Of a stretch of DNA of 64,000 nucleotides, positions 46,404-56,947 are shown piece by piece. Position 1 is the first letter of the stretch. Each line of letters starts with the position of its first letter. The notes under the pieces were generated by a model that saw only the letters and a program-made list of their open reading frames with translations, was not told the origin of the DNA and did no database searches. Location of the stretch: NCBI GenBank assembly GCA_938083135.1, contig CALLKY010000030.1:8432-72431 (forward strand), read 5' to 3'. A program made the position numbers and the translations under genes. This DNA is from an uncultured Alphaproteobacteria bacterium (GTDB lineage: Bacteria; Pseudomonadota; Alphaproteobacteria; Bin95).

Positions 46404-47135
46404 TTGTCCAAGAAACTCGACCCGTCGCAACGCCGTGCCAAAGGTGCGCCCCTACCAAAGCCGATCGACGCCGCGACGATACTGATCGTCCGCCGTGACA
46501 TGAAAAAGCCTTCCGTGCTGATGGGGCACCGCAGCGCTGCACACAAGTTCATGCCAAATACGTTCGTGTTCCCCGGCGGCCGCCTTGATCCCGATGACCA
46601 TACGCCGCCGACAGCCGGCGAATTGGCTGAAGCGACGATGCATCGCCTCATGCGAAAACGCCGGGCCAGTAAACGCAAAGCGCGCGCATTGGCGCTTGCA
46701 GCGATCCGGGAAACCTTTGAAGAAACCGGCCTGATTGTCGGCCGCGAACATGGCGGTGCGATTGATCCAGCGAGTGTTGCGCCAGATTGGCAGGATTTCT
46801 TTGCTGCAGGCTATGCGCCCGCGGTTGATGCGTTGGATTACATCTACCGCGCCGTTACGCCGCCCGACAATTTCCGCCGCTTCGATGCCCGCTTCTTTTT
46901 TGTGGATGCGGTTCATGCGTTTGGCGATATCGGCGGATCAGGCGAACTAGTTGACCTTCAATGGATCCCGATTGACGAAGCATCCGTAATGGACAATTGC
47001 CCAAGCCCAACTCGCGGCGCACTCGCCGTCGCCAAGCGGCTCGTGCTGGACCAGGCGCCTCTACCGCAAGCAGCAGAGGCCCCCGTTCCAGCACTTATCA
47101 CACGCTATGGGGTTGAAGCTGAAGAGTTCGACTGA
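46404..47135 (+). CDS. NUDIX hydrolase (CoA pyrophosphatase-like).
   Basis: The Nudix box ...AAIRETFEETGL is present. TTG start. Confidence 0.7.
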   Translation: MSKKLDPSQRRAKGAPLPKPIDAATILIVRRDMKKPSVLMGHRSAAHKFMPNTFVFPGGRLDPDDHTPPTAGELAEATMHRLMRKRRASKRKARALALAAIRETFEETGLIVGREHGGAIDPASVAPDWQDFFAAGYAPAVDALDYIYRAVTPPDNFRRFDARFFFVDAVHAFGDIGGSGELVDLQWIPIDEASVMDNCPSPTRGALAVAKRLVLDQAPLPQAAEAPVPALITRYGVEAEEFD

Positions 47136-47149
47136 GCGGGCCGCTTAGA

Positions 47150-48400
47150 TTACGCCCGCGCTAGAGCGGCGTAATCAATTGGCTGATGGCGGTCGAGGGA
47201 CTGGTCCATTGGCGGCAGGGGATACTTCAGGCCAGTCGCGCAGTTGAATAGGACGCAGGTTTCGTTGGCGTTGATGCGGCCATCGGCGCGGGCGGCTTGG
47301 TAGGCTGCGTAGGTGGCAGCACCCTCTGGGCAGAGCAACATGCCTTCGGTTTTGGATACTTCTGTCCGTGCTTTCTCAATCACTTCGTCGCTGACGGCGA
47401 TGGCAAAGCCGTTAGACTCGCGCACAGCGTCCATAATCAGGAAGTCGCCGACGGCTTGTGGGACGCGGATGCCCATGGCGATGGTTTGCGCGTTTTCCCA
47501 GCGTTGTGCGTGGCGTTCACCGGCTTCATAAGCGCGGACCATCGGCGCGCAGCCCTCGGCCTGAACCGCGACCATCCGGGGGCGCTTGGAGCCGATGAAG
47601 CCGATCTTTTCCAGTTCATCGAAAGCCTTCCACATGCCGATCAGGCCGGTGCCGCCGCCGGTCGGGTAGAGGATGACATCTGGCAGGTCCCAGCCAAACT
47701 GTTCGGCGAGTTCCAGGCCCATCGTCTTCTTGCCTTCAATCCGGTACGGCTCCTTCAAGGTGGAGGTGTCGAACCAACCCATGGCTTCCTTGCCTTCACC
47801 GACGATCTTGCCGCAATCATCAATGTATCCATTCACCCGCCAGGTCTTCGCACCTTGTTCAGCGATCTCACGGAGGTTGATTTCTGGCGTGTCTTCAGGC
47901 GCGAACACATAAGATTCGATCCCGGCGCGGCTGCAGTAAGCAGCCATAGCCGCCCCAGCATTGCCGTTGGTCGGCATCGCCATGCGTTTGACGCCAAGTT
48001 CCTTTGCCATGGAGACTGCCATGATCAGGCCGCGGGCTTTGAATGATCCGGTCGGGAGGCGGCCTTCGTCTTTCACGAAAATTCCGGCAGACCCGGCCTG
48101 CTTGGATAGCGTCGGCATTGGCAGTGTTGGTGTCATGATTTCGCCAAGCGAGATGCAGTTTTCCGTCTTGCGGACAGGCAGCAGCTCACGGTAACGCCAA
48201 AGCGTCGGCTCACGGTTTTTCAGAACATCCTTCGTGAGAGCGCCTTTAACGCCGTCCAAATCGTAGCGAACCAGCAGCGGCTTGCCTGCGGAGGAGAGGT
48301 TGTGCAGCTTGTCAGCCTCAAAACGCTCGCCGGTATAACCGCACTCCAAGTGGGTGACGAAAGTCTCTGCTTCAGGGGCGGCGGCGAGCATCATGGTCAT
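47150..48400 (-). CDS. thrC: Threonine synthase.
   Basis: The PLP Lys is in the TGSFKARG context and the protein is ThrC-length. Start at MTMM with a GGAG RBS. Confidence 0.9.
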   Translation of the reverse strand: MTMMLAAAPEAETFVTHLECGYTGERFEADKLHNLSSAGKPLLVRYDLDGVKGALTKDVLKNREPTLWRYRELLPVRKTENCISLGEIMTPTLPMPTLSKQAGSAGIFVKDEGRLPTGSFKARGLIMAVSMAKELGVKRMAMPTNGNAGAAMAAYCSRAGIESYVFAPEDTPEINLREIAEQGAKTWRVNGYIDDCGKIVGEGKEAMGWFDTSTLKEPYRIEGKKTMGLELAEQFGWDLPDVILYPTGGGTGLIGMWKAFDELEKIGFIGSKRPRMVAVQAEGCAPMVRAYEAGERHAQRWENAQTIAMGIRVPQAVGDFLIMDAVRESNGFAIAVSDEVIEKARTEVSKTEGMLLCPEGAATYAAYQAARADGRINANETCVLFNCATGLKYPLPPMDQSLDRHQPIDYAALARA

Positions 48401-48443
48401 TGTTTGGGCTCCATATGGAGCACCAGCGAGCGGAGGACTGCCG

Positions 48444-49901
48444 GTGCGGATCGCAATTGCGGGTTTTTGGCTGGAATCAGTAACTTTCCTGCCTGATGTA
48501 ACGGACATAGCCGAGTTCGAATTGGGCGCCAAGCGGGGGCAAGCGGTTATTGACGGGTTTGCTGGCACAGCTACGCCGCAAGGTGGGCTGATTGATGTGT
48601 TGCAAGATGCCGGTGCGGAGCTGATCGGCTTGACCGATGCCGGTGTCGGCGCTGCAGCTTCTGCCAGCGACGCCGCCTATGACAAATATGTCGGCGAAAT
48701 TGTGGATGGCCTGAAAGCGATCGAGGGCAAGATTGACGCCGTTGCAATCCATTTGCATGGCGCGCTGGCGACGCCGACCAATCGAAAGGCGGATGCGGGC
48801 GTGTTGCAGGCTATCCGGGCTGTCGTCGGCCCAGATGTCGCGATTGCTTGTCCGATGGATTATCACGCCAATTTGGCACCAGAGAGCCTGGAAGCCGCTG
48901 ACATCATTACGGGCTTCCGTTATTCGCCACATACAGATATGTGGGAAACCGGTGCGCGGGCGGCGCGCTTGCTGCTGGGTAAGCTTAGTGGTGCGATCAA
49001 TCCGGTTATGGCAATGGCCAAGCCGGGCATTGCGCTCCCATCTGTGTTCAGCGCCACACGCTTAAAGCCGTTGGCGGAATTGGTTGCCGCTGCAGAGGAT
49101 GGCGGCGAGGGCTTGCTCGATTGCTCACTGTTCGGTGGTTTTTCCTACGCCGATACGCCTGACACCGGGATGACGGCCCTGGCGATCACCGATGGGGATG
49201 TGGACCACGCCAATCAGTGGGCGGAAGGCATGGCGAAACGATGCTGGGAACTGCGGGACCGCTTGTTCCAACGGGAGTTATTGCATGATGTGCAGGGTGG
49301 CGTTGACCGCGCCCTTGAAGCGGCGGCATCTGCGGGAAAGCCTGTTTGTATTCTGGAACACGCTGACCGCCTCAATGACAGCACCTACGTCTTAAAGGAT
49401 TTGATCGCGCGCGGTGTGAAGCGCGCCTATGCGCCATTCATGTTTGACCCAGAGGTAGCGTCAGCTGCTGTTGCAGCAGGTGAGGGTGCGATCCTAAATA
49501 TGCCGCTGTTTGGAAAATCTAGCCCGAAGGCTGGGGGAGCGATTACGGCTGAGGCGCGTGTGCTTCAAGCGAGGCACCTGAAGTTTCCCATCACCGGTCC
49601 GCTCAAAACTGGAATGGTGATTGATGTTGGCGCGGCTGCATTGCTGGAAATCGGCGGCGTTATGGTCTCGGTCATTTCCGTGCAGTGGTCCGCCATTGAT
49701 ATGGATTGCTTCACTGAATTCGGCCTCAATCCAGAGGACTTCGATATCATTCTGCTCCGCTCCAAGACCCATTTTCGGGAGCTTTACGAGCCGCTTTGCG
49801 CAGAAATCGTCATCATTGATACGCCGGATTGGGGACCAGCAGAGCTTTCGACGCTGCCATATGAATATCTGCCCACGGGCGTTTATCCCGTCTCCGGGTG
49901 A
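48444..49901 (+). CDS. M81-family metallopeptidase (MlrC-like, DUF1485/DUF1486).
   Basis: The N-terminus begins RIAIAGFWLESVTF. GTG start with a GGAGG RBS, divergent from thrC. Confidence 0.65.
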   Translation: MRIAIAGFWLESVTFLPDVTDIAEFELGAKRGQAVIDGFAGTATPQGGLIDVLQDAGAELIGLTDAGVGAAASASDAAYDKYVGEIVDGLKAIEGKIDAVAIHLHGALATPTNRKADAGVLQAIRAVVGPDVAIACPMDYHANLAPESLEAADIITGFRYSPHTDMWETGARAARLLLGKLSGAINPVMAMAKPGIALPSVFSATRLKPLAELVAAAEDGGEGLLDCSLFGGFSYADTPDTGMTALAITDGDVDHANQWAEGMAKRCWELRDRLFQRELLHDVQGGVDRALEAAASAGKPVCILEHADRLNDSTYVLKDLIARGVKRAYAPFMFDPEVASAAVAAGEGAILNMPLFGKSSPKAGGAITAEARVLQARHLKFPITGPLKTGMVIDVGAAALLEIGGVMVSVISVQWSAIDMDCFTEFGLNPEDFDIILLRSKTHFRELYEPLCAEIVIIDTPDWGPAELSTLPYEYLPTGVYPVSG

Positions 49902-50656
49902 GTACTGCCGCAGGCCGGGCAATCTTTCCGTTGCTTGGCTTTCATGGCGCGGAGGCTCATGGAGAGACCATCGAACAGCATCAAGCGACCGGACAAGCTG
50001 TCACCAACGTCCATGATTTCCTTGATGATCTCCGTCGCCTGCATTGTGCCCAATATTCCAGCGACGGAGCCCAGCACGCCAGCTTCAGAGCAGGACGGTA
50101 CAGCGCCCGGCGGCGGCGGGTTCGGGAACAGGCAGCGATAGCAGGGGCCGCCCGGTTTCACCGTCGTAATCTGGCCATCAAAGCGCAGCAATGCCGCCGT
50201 GACCAAGGTTTTGCCAAGGCGGACGGCGGCGTCATTCACCAGATAGCGCGTCTCGAAATTGTCCGTACCGTCTGCGATCACGTCATATTGGCTGAAAATA
50301 TCGTCAATGGTATCTGACGCCAGCCGGAAGGGCAGAATATCGATCTTGATTTCAGGATTGATCGCTTTGGCTGTCGCCGCTGCGCTCTTAGCCTTGTTGA
50401 CGCCGATCCGGTCCGTTGTGTGCGCCACCTGACGCTGCAGGTTGGATAGATCCACGGCGTCGTCGTCAATGATGCCAATGCGGCCAATTCCAGCCGCCGC
50501 CAGATACATAATCATCGGCGCACCAAGGCCGCCTGCGCCAACAATCAGAACGCTGGCCGCTCGCAGCTTTGCTTGGCCAATGGCACCCACTTCTGGCAGC
50601 AGAATGTGCCGGGAATAGCGTTCGAGTTCGCTATCGGTGAAATCCAGATCGTCCAT
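49883..50656 (-). CDS. moeB: Molybdopterin-synthase adenylyltransferase (ThiF/MoeB family).
   Basis: The protein has ERYSRHILL, the glycine-rich loop VLIVGAGGLG, and a CxxC pair. Confidence 0.85.
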   Translation of the reverse strand: MDDLDFTDSELERYSRHILLPEVGAIGQAKLRAASVLIVGAGGLGAPMIMYLAAAGIGRIGIIDDDAVDLSNLQRQVAHTTDRIGVNKAKSAAATAKAINPEIKIDILPFRLASDTIDDIFSQYDVIADGTDNFETRYLVNDAAVRLGKTLVTAALLRFDGQITTVKPGGPCYRCLFPNPPPPGAVPSCSEAGVLGSVAGILGTMQATEIIKEIMDVGDSLSGRLMLFDGLSMSLRAMKAKQRKDCPACGSTHPETG

Positions 50657-51099
50657 CAAGAACCTGTGCCCGTGGAGCCGAACCCGCCTTCGCCGCGCGC
50701 GGTATTGTTGAGATCGTCAACAGCACGGAATGTAGCCTGTGGTGCTGGCGCTATCACCATTTGGGCGATCCGCATGCCGCGCTCAATCTCAAAGTCATCC
50801 TGGCCGTGATTGATGAGCAGAACAGCGATTTCGCCCCGGTAGTCGGAATCAATCGTGCCGGGCGCGTTCAGTACCGTTACGCCATTCTTATAAGCAAGCC
50901 CGGAGCGTGGCCGGATCTGCGCCTCATAGCCTTCAGGGAGCGCCATAGCGAAGCCCGCAGGTATGAGCGCACGAGCGCCTGGCTTCAGTGATTGCGGCGC
51001 GTCAATGGCTGCAAGCAGATCTGCGCCTGCAGCGTCTGCTGTTGCATAGACGGGCAGGCCAGCTGCGTGTGGGAGCAGGCGAATCGGAAGGTCGATCAT
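50656..51099 (-). CDS. dut: dUTP diphosphatase.
   Basis: dUTPase motifs [10 protein letters not shown] and [10 protein letters not shown] are present. Confidence 0.9.
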   Translation of the reverse strand: MIDLPIRLLPHAAGLPVYATADAAGADLLAAIDAPQSLKPGARALIPAGFAMALPEGYEAQIRPRSGLAYKNGVTVLNAPGTIDSDYRGEIAVLLINHGQDDFEIERGMRIAQMVIAPAPQATFRAVDDLNNTARGEGGFGSTGTGS

Positions 51100-52328
51100 T
51101 CAGCGGCCTCGGCCTTTGGCGGACCAAAATGCGCGGCGATATGGGCGGCGAGTTGTTCTGCGGCTGCAGTCTTGTTCATGGTCGGCCAAGCATCGACGGC
51201 GCTGGCGGTCACGAGATGCAGCGTGTTGGCATCCCCGCCAAACACGCCCGTTCCGGCTGAAACATCGTTCGCCAGGATCCAATCGCAGCCTTTGCGCGCG
51301 AGCTTTGCTTGAGCGTTTGCGATCAGGTTTTCCGTCTCTGCCGCAAAGCCCACAACGAGAGCGGGCCTCTTGGCACCAGCGTTCGAAATGGCTTTCAAGA
51401 TGTCGGGGTTTTCGGCGAAGCTCAGGCTCGGCATCTGGCCGCTATCGTCTTTCTTGATCTTTTGCCCAGCCTCCGCCGCGACCCGCCAGTCCGCAACAGC
51501 GGCAGCGCATATGGCGATGTCCGCTGGTAGCGCATCCATGCAGGCGGCCAGCATTTCGCGGGCGGACTCGATATTGACTTGGGTGACGTCGTTAGGTGGT
51601 GCCAAGCCTGTCGGGCCAGAAACTAAGGTCACCTCTGCCCCAAGTGCTTGCAACGCGGCAGCGATAGCATGGCCTTGCTTGCCGGATGAGCGATTTGCGA
51701 TAAACCGAACCGGATCAATCGCCTCCCAGGTCGGCCCGCTGGTGACAACGGCCTTGCGCCCGGCGAGCGGCTGCGATTGTGTGCCCATGCCAAGCACGGT
51801 TTCAATTGCCGCTACAATCTCCAACGGTTCAGACATGCGGCCAGAGCCGGTTTCGCCACAGGCCAATTCCCCGGAACCCGGACCAACACGATGGACACCA
51901 TCCGCTTCCAGCTGCGCAACATTGCGGCGGACGGCAGGGTGTTCCCACATGCGCACATTCATTGTCGGCGCAATCAGAACAGGTTTGTCGGTGGCGAGAA
52001 GGGCCGTTGAGGCTAAATCATCCGCATGACCATTCGCCATTTTCGCGATCAGGTCCGCCGTTGCAGGGGCAACGACGACAATATCCGCCTCACGGGACAA
52101 ACGGATATGGCCCATCTCGGCCTCGTCCGTCAGGGAAAAAATGTCCTGATACACCTTCTCTTCGCTAAGTGCGGCGACGCTCAAGGGTGTCACGAATTGC
52201 GCGCCGCCTTTGGTCAGCACACAGCGGACAGTCGCCCCCCGTTCCCGTAAGCGCCGAATCAGGTCCAGGCTGCGGTAAGCCGCGATGCCGCCTGCGATAA
52301 TGAGTAGGATGCGCTTTCCGTCCAGCAT
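51096..52328 (-). CDS. coaBC: Bifunctional phosphopantothenoylcysteine decarboxylase / phosphopantothenate-cysteine ligase.
   Basis: An N-terminal flavoprotein domain ([16 protein letters not shown]) is followed by a C-terminal CoaB domain. Confidence 0.9.
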   Translation of the reverse strand: MLDGKRILLIIAGGIAAYRSLDLIRRLRERGATVRCVLTKGGAQFVTPLSVAALSEEKVYQDIFSLTDEAEMGHIRLSREADIVVVAPATADLIAKMANGHADDLASTALLATDKPVLIAPTMNVRMWEHPAVRRNVAQLEADGVHRVGPGSGELACGETGSGRMSEPLEIVAAIETVLGMGTQSQPLAGRKAVVTSGPTWEAIDPVRFIANRSSGKQGHAIAAALQALGAEVTLVSGPTGLAPPNDVTQVNIESAREMLAACMDALPADIAICAAAVADWRVAAEAGQKIKKDDSGQMPSLSFAENPDILKAISNAGAKRPALVVGFAAETENLIANAQAKLARKGCDWILANDVSAGTGVFGGDANTLHLVTASAVDAWPTMNKTAAAEQLAAHIAAHFGPPKAEAAE

Positions 52329-52465
52329 GGCGGCGGCTCCAATTCCTGTGAATACCGATAGGTAGGGCCTCAAGGGGCGAACTTGCAAGTGCTGCGGGGT
52401 TTCCGAACCAGGGGCGGGTGATGTACAATTTAGCCAGATAATTATTCAATCTAGGAGTCACTTAT

Positions 52466-53662
52466 ATGTCGGACAGCGTGTCCAGCGCTACGGATGAACC
52501 CGTACTGCCACTCACGGACCAATATCCTGAAATCCGGGAAGCGGTCGCAAAGCTCTGCGAAGGCTTTCCTGGCGAATACTGGCGGGAGAAGGATGAGGCG
52601 CGGGCCTATCCGACAGAATTCGTGCAGGCGTTGACTGATTCTGGCTTCCTGAGTGTGCTGATTCCAGAAGAATATGGGGGTGCTGGCCTGCCGCTTTCTG
52701 CGGGTGCCGCAATCCTGGAAGAAATCCACAAAAATGGCTGCAGTGGTGCAGCCTGCCATGCCCAAATGTACACCATGGGCACAGTGCTTCGGCATGGCAA
52801 TGATGAGCAGAAGAAGCAATATCTGCCAAAGATCGCCAGCGGTGAGCTTCGCCTACAGGCATTTGGAGTGACGGAGCCGACGAGTGGCACGGATACGCTA
52901 AGCCTCCGCACCACGGCCGTTCGTGATGGTGACGAATATGTCGTCAATGGCCAGAAAGTATGGACCAGCCGCGCCGAACATTCAGACCTGATGCTCCTGC
53001 TGGCGCGTACAACGCCCAAAGACAAAGTGGCAAAGCGGACAGATGGGCTGTCGGTGTTCCTGGTCGATATGCGGGCTGTGAAAGGCAAAGGGATGGAGAT
53101 CAAACCCATCCGCACCATGATCAACCACAACACCACCGAAATTTTCTACGACAACATGCGCATCCCGGCCTCCAGCCTGATTGGCGAAGAAGGCAAGGGC
53201 TTCCGCTACATCCTCGACGGCATGAATGCGGAGCGTGTTCTGGTGTCCTCAGAAGCGCTGGGCGACTGCCAGTGGTTCGCCAAAATGGCGTCTACCTACG
53301 CAACGGAACGGGTCGTGTTCGGCAAGCCAATTGGCACGAACCAGGGCATTCAGTTCCCAATTGCAGAAGCCTATGCCCATTTCACAGGCGCGCAGATGAT
53401 GGTGCAGAAGGCTGCGGCTTTGTTCGAAGCTGGGCTGCCCTGTGGTGCGGAAGCCAATATCGGGAAATACCTTGCCGGTGAGGCCGTATGGAAAGCTGCT
53501 GACACCTGCATGCAGACTTATGGCGGCTTCGCATTCGCGGAGGAATATCACATCGAGCGGAAGTTCCGGGAGGCTCGGATTTTCCGAACGGCACCAATTT
53601 CCTCCAACCTTGTACTGAGTTTTGTTGCCGAGCATGTGCTTGGCATGCCGAGGTCTTACTGA
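52466..53662 (+). CDS. Acyl-CoA dehydrogenase.
   Basis: ACAD signatures are present (GVTEPTSGTD; QTYGGFAFAEEYHIERKFREARI). Confidence 0.9.
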   Translation: MSDSVSSATDEPVLPLTDQYPEIREAVAKLCEGFPGEYWREKDEARAYPTEFVQALTDSGFLSVLIPEEYGGAGLPLSAGAAILEEIHKNGCSGAACHAQMYTMGTVLRHGNDEQKKQYLPKIASGELRLQAFGVTEPTSGTDTLSLRTTAVRDGDEYVVNGQKVWTSRAEHSDLMLLLARTTPKDKVAKRTDGLSVFLVDMRAVKGKGMEIKPIRTMINHNTTEIFYDNMRIPASSLIGEEGKGFRYILDGMNAERVLVSSEALGDCQWFAKMASTYATERVVFGKPIGTNQGIQFPIAEAYAHFTGAQMMVQKAAALFEAGLPCGAEANIGKYLAGEAVWKAADTCMQTYGGFAFAEEYHIERKFREARIFRTAPISSNLVLSFVAEHVLGMPRSY

Positions 53663-53664
53663 TC

Positions 53665-54795
53665 ATGGCTGGCGCACTCGACGGCGTTCTGGTCGTTTCG
53701 CTTGAGCAGGCGGTCGCTGCACCATACCTGACATGCCGATTGGCAGATTCCGGTGCGCGTGTTGTCAAACTTGAGCGGGCAGAGGGTGATTTTGCGCGCG
53801 GGTATGACAATGCTGCCGGTGGTGAATCTGCGTTCTTCGTCTGGCTGAATCGCGGTAAGGAATCACTCGTCGTCGATATTAAGAACGACGATGATTGTGC
53901 ACTGCTGCATCGGCTTTTGGCCAAGGCCGATGTCTGGGTGCAAAACTTGGCACCCGGTGCGACTGAACGTGCTGGCTTCGGCTCTGAAGCGCTCAGGGCG
54001 AAGTATCCGAGGCTGATCACTGTTGATATTTCGGGCTATGGGGCTGCCCCGCCGCCGTTCGACACCGCCAAAGCCTATGACTTGCTGGTGCAGGCCGAGA
54101 GTGCCGTCATGTCCGTCACCGGATCAGCGGCAGAGCCTGGGCGCATTGGCTATTCCGCCTGTGACCTGAATACCGGCGTGAATGCGCTCTCTGGCGTGCT
54201 TGAGGCGCTTTACGCCCGTGAGAAAACAGGCAAAGGGGCAGGCATCAGTGTCGCCATGTTTGATGCAATGGCGGATTTGATGGCAGCACCTGTGCTGTTC
54301 AACCAATATGCCGGCAAGGATTGGCCACGCACGGGCCTCCGGCATAATGCCCTGGTTCCATACGGGGCATATCCAACCGGCGATGGTCGCCTGACTATGA
54401 TTGCGATCCAGAATGAGCGGGAATGGGGCCGATTTGCCGAAATGGTTATGCAACGGCCAGATATGAAGGCTGACGCCCGCTGTACGCCAAATCAGGCGCG
54501 CATGGAAAACCGGGAATGGTTGGAGGGGCTCATAGAGGAGATATTTAGCCATATAACCCAGGCTGATCTTCAAGCGCGCCTGCAAGACGCCGACATCGCC
54601 TATTCAAGCGTGAATGAGGTCGCCGATCTTGTGAACCATCCAGCACTTCGGCGCATTGACGTCGAGACAGGGAAGGGCGTTTTCTCAATGCCGGCGCCGC
54701 CCATTCGCAATTCTACGGCCGAGTCCCCAGAATATGGCTCACCGCCTGCGATTGGCGAACATACAGACAGCATTAAACGTGAGTTCTCTGCCTGA
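53665..54795 (+). CDS. CoA-transferase family III (CaiB/BaiF).
   Basis: The N-terminus LDGVLVVSLEQAVAAPYLTCRLADSGARVVKLE is diagnostic of the family. Confidence 0.85.
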   Translation: MAGALDGVLVVSLEQAVAAPYLTCRLADSGARVVKLERAEGDFARGYDNAAGGESAFFVWLNRGKESLVVDIKNDDDCALLHRLLAKADVWVQNLAPGATERAGFGSEALRAKYPRLITVDISGYGAAPPPFDTAKAYDLLVQAESAVMSVTGSAAEPGRIGYSACDLNTGVNALSGVLEALYAREKTGKGAGISVAMFDAMADLMAAPVLFNQYAGKDWPRTGLRHNALVPYGAYPTGDGRLTMIAIQNEREWGRFAEMVMQRPDMKADARCTPNQARMENREWLEGLIEEIFSHITQADLQARLQDADIAYSSVNEVADLVNHPALRRIDVETGKGVFSMPAPPIRNSTAESPEYGSPPAIGEHTDSIKREFSA

Positions 54796-55125
54796 TTTTT
54801 CTTTGAATGCTTTAGCGTTCTGAGAGAGGCAAGTAGGGGACATTGGCGCCCGGCAGGTTACGCGATTTGCCGCCCGGCCTCCCAATCCCCCAACTTGAGC
54901 AACCGGCTATTGCCATCGGATAGTTCGCGCTATCCTCTGACCCATTCCTCGCACACCTACCTGATGTACGGCGCCTTCGTGGTCGCCCATGCTGGTCTCA
55001 ACGACCTGCATGGTCATCGTTAGTGCTGCATTGACCTTACAAATATGGAATCCGCAAAAACAACCAGTACCAACCGTTGCCGCCCATTTGCTGTACGACC
55101 GTGAATAAACTAGCCTTCGAAATAT

Positions 55126-56802
55126 GTGGTCGGCAAGCATAAAATTAATGAAATAGTAAGAAGGGTTAATCGGTTGGCAGATATCTGGTGCCTATCATTA
55201 GAAGAGCAAGCAAAAGCGATAGAGCATAAATTACTCTCGCCTAAAGACCTTGTTGAAGCTTCGTTTGCGCGAATTGATGCGCTGGATGAAAGGCTTAATA
55301 CCACCGTGACGGTGATGGCCGAGAGTGCCCGTGAAGCTGCCGACGCCGCAACTAAAACGCAACAACAGGGGGCCACAACAGGCTTGCTCCATGGGCTGCC
55401 AATCGGCCTGAAAGATATTTTTGATACGGCTGATGTGCTGACAGCCGGTGGGTCCAAAACCCAGGATTCGCGCGTTCCGAATCGCGATGCGACATCTGTC
55501 ACGAAGCTAAAAGAGGCCGGTGCGGTCATCGCGGCTAAGCTGACGACCCATGAGTTTGCGCACGGCGGCCCAAGCTTTGATCTGCCGTGGCCGCCTGCAA
55601 GAAACCCCTGGAATCGTGACCATTTTACGGGAGGCTCCTCAAGTGGTTCTGGCGCTGCAGTCGCAGCAGGCATATTTGCAGGTGCCATGGGTTCAGACAC
55701 AGGCGGATCGATTCGCGGACCAGCAACCTATTGCGGCGTCGCAGGCCTAAAGCCGACCTATGGCTTGGTGAGCCGAGCCGGTGTCATCCCCAATTCCTTC
55801 ACGTTTGATCATTGCGGCCCGCTGGCCTGGACCGCACGGGATTGTGCGCTGATGTTGGATGCGCTCGCAGGGCCGGACCAGGCAGATCCTGCAAGCGCCA
55901 ATGCGCCGCCGCCAAACGCCTTCGCCCAGCTTGGCACCTCGCTTCAAGGCTTGAAGGTGGGCGTCCTCCGGCATTTCTGGGAGGAAGACGTTACCGTCTC
56001 GCCAGAGATGATTGCTGTTGTGGAGAATGCCGCTGCGGTGCTGGCTGACCTCGGGGCGGACGTGGCTGAGGCGCGGATTGCACCAGTCCAGGATTACTAC
56101 GATGTCAAAATCGTTATTGCCGAGTCGGAATTATTCAACGTCCACCGCCAGGACCTTCTGAGCAAACCCCATGATTTCGGCACGGATTTCCTCGCCCGTA
56201 GCCTAGGTGCGCTTCTCTTCACAGGACAGGACTATGTGGCGGCGCAGCGTCGGCGGCGGCAGCTTATCCATGATATGCAGCCTGTATATGAGCAGTTTGA
56301 TGTGTTGCTAGCTCCTGCCGCAACTGGACCAGCACCAAGGCTTGATGCCCATAACACGGCCAATTTCTGGCGATATCCGAATGTTCTGACCCCTTTCAAT
56401 GTCACGTCTGGCCCGGCGCTGAGTGTTAATGGCGGCTTTTCCGGCACTGGCTTGCCGCTGGGTGTGCAATTGGTTGGCCGTCCATTTGATGATGCCCGGA
56501 TACTGAATATCGGAGCGGCGTTAGAGGCCTCACTCGGCTTAAAGTCGATGCGCCCTGATGTGCAATCTGGGCCGGTCCCAACAGAAGCAATTCCGACGCT
56601 GCCCGCACCGGTCGTGGAGATCAGCGCTGAAGATGGTGCCAGGATCGTCGCCATCGCAGCCGCAGCGGGCTTCAAGCTGGATGAGCGGCTATTTGCATTG
56701 CTCGGCGAAGGTGCGCCCTATGCCTGGGCGATGGGTGAGCGGCTGCAGAAAAATTTCGGCTATGGGGATGAGCCGATGAACATTTACCAGCACGTCCGCT
56801 AG
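55126..56802 (+). CDS. Amidase (amidase-signature family).
   Basis: The AS-family Gly/Ser-rich motif GGSSSGSGAAVAAG...GSDTGGSIRGPA is present. The true start is probably TTG 55174 (AAGAAGGG RBS); the 5' end of the ORF is AT-rich and promoter-like. Confidence 0.85.
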   Translation: MVGKHKINEIVRRVNRLADIWCLSLEEQAKAIEHKLLSPKDLVEASFARIDALDERLNTTVTVMAESAREAADAATKTQQQGATTGLLHGLPIGLKDIFDTADVLTAGGSKTQDSRVPNRDATSVTKLKEAGAVIAAKLTTHEFAHGGPSFDLPWPPARNPWNRDHFTGGSSSGSGAAVAAGIFAGAMGSDTGGSIRGPATYCGVAGLKPTYGLVSRAGVIPNSFTFDHCGPLAWTARDCALMLDALAGPDQADPASANAPPPNAFAQLGTSLQGLKVGVLRHFWEEDVTVSPEMIAVVENAAAVLADLGADVAEARIAPVQDYYDVKIVIAESELFNVHRQDLLSKPHDFGTDFLARSLGALLFTGQDYVAAQRRRRQLIHDMQPVYEQFDVLLAPAATGPAPRLDAHNTANFWRYPNVLTPFNVTSGPALSVNGGFSGTGLPLGVQLVGRPFDDARILNIGAALEASLGLKSMRPDVQSGPVPTEAIPTLPAPVVEISAEDGARIVAIAAAAGFKLDERLFALLGEGAPYAWAMGERLQKNFGYGDEPMNIYQHVR

Positions 56803-56803
56803 G

Positions 56804-56835
56804 CACTGGGTGCCTCTATTTCGGGCTTTCTGCTT
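56804..56835 (+). terminator. Candidate terminator after the amidase gene.
   Basis: A GGCAC-tgg-GTGCC hairpin is followed by a T-rich tract (TCTATTTCGGGCTTTCTGCTT). Confidence 0.3.
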
Positions 56836-56947
56836 AAAAAGTGTGCATTTTCGGAGTTTGCTCTGAAATAAGGCGATAAGTGCTTGCGAATTGGGCGGTA
56901 TCGCGGGCACCTTGCAATCAAATGCGTGTGTTTAGCGGAGAATTCCG

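Noticed and set aside
47297-48046. 249-aa plus-strand ORF inside thrC.
   Set aside because: It is antisense to the threonine synthase gene. Its composition is Gly/Ala/Asp-rich, typical of shadow frames.
54907-55140. 77-aa minus-strand ORF in the long gap before the amidase gene.
   Set aside because: It has no RBS, and the region has non-coding composition.
56905-56916. GGGCAC-CTTGCA as a sigma-54 (-24/-12) promoter for amtB.
   Set aside because: The spacing between the GG and GC elements is far too short for the TGGCAC-N5-TTGC consensus.
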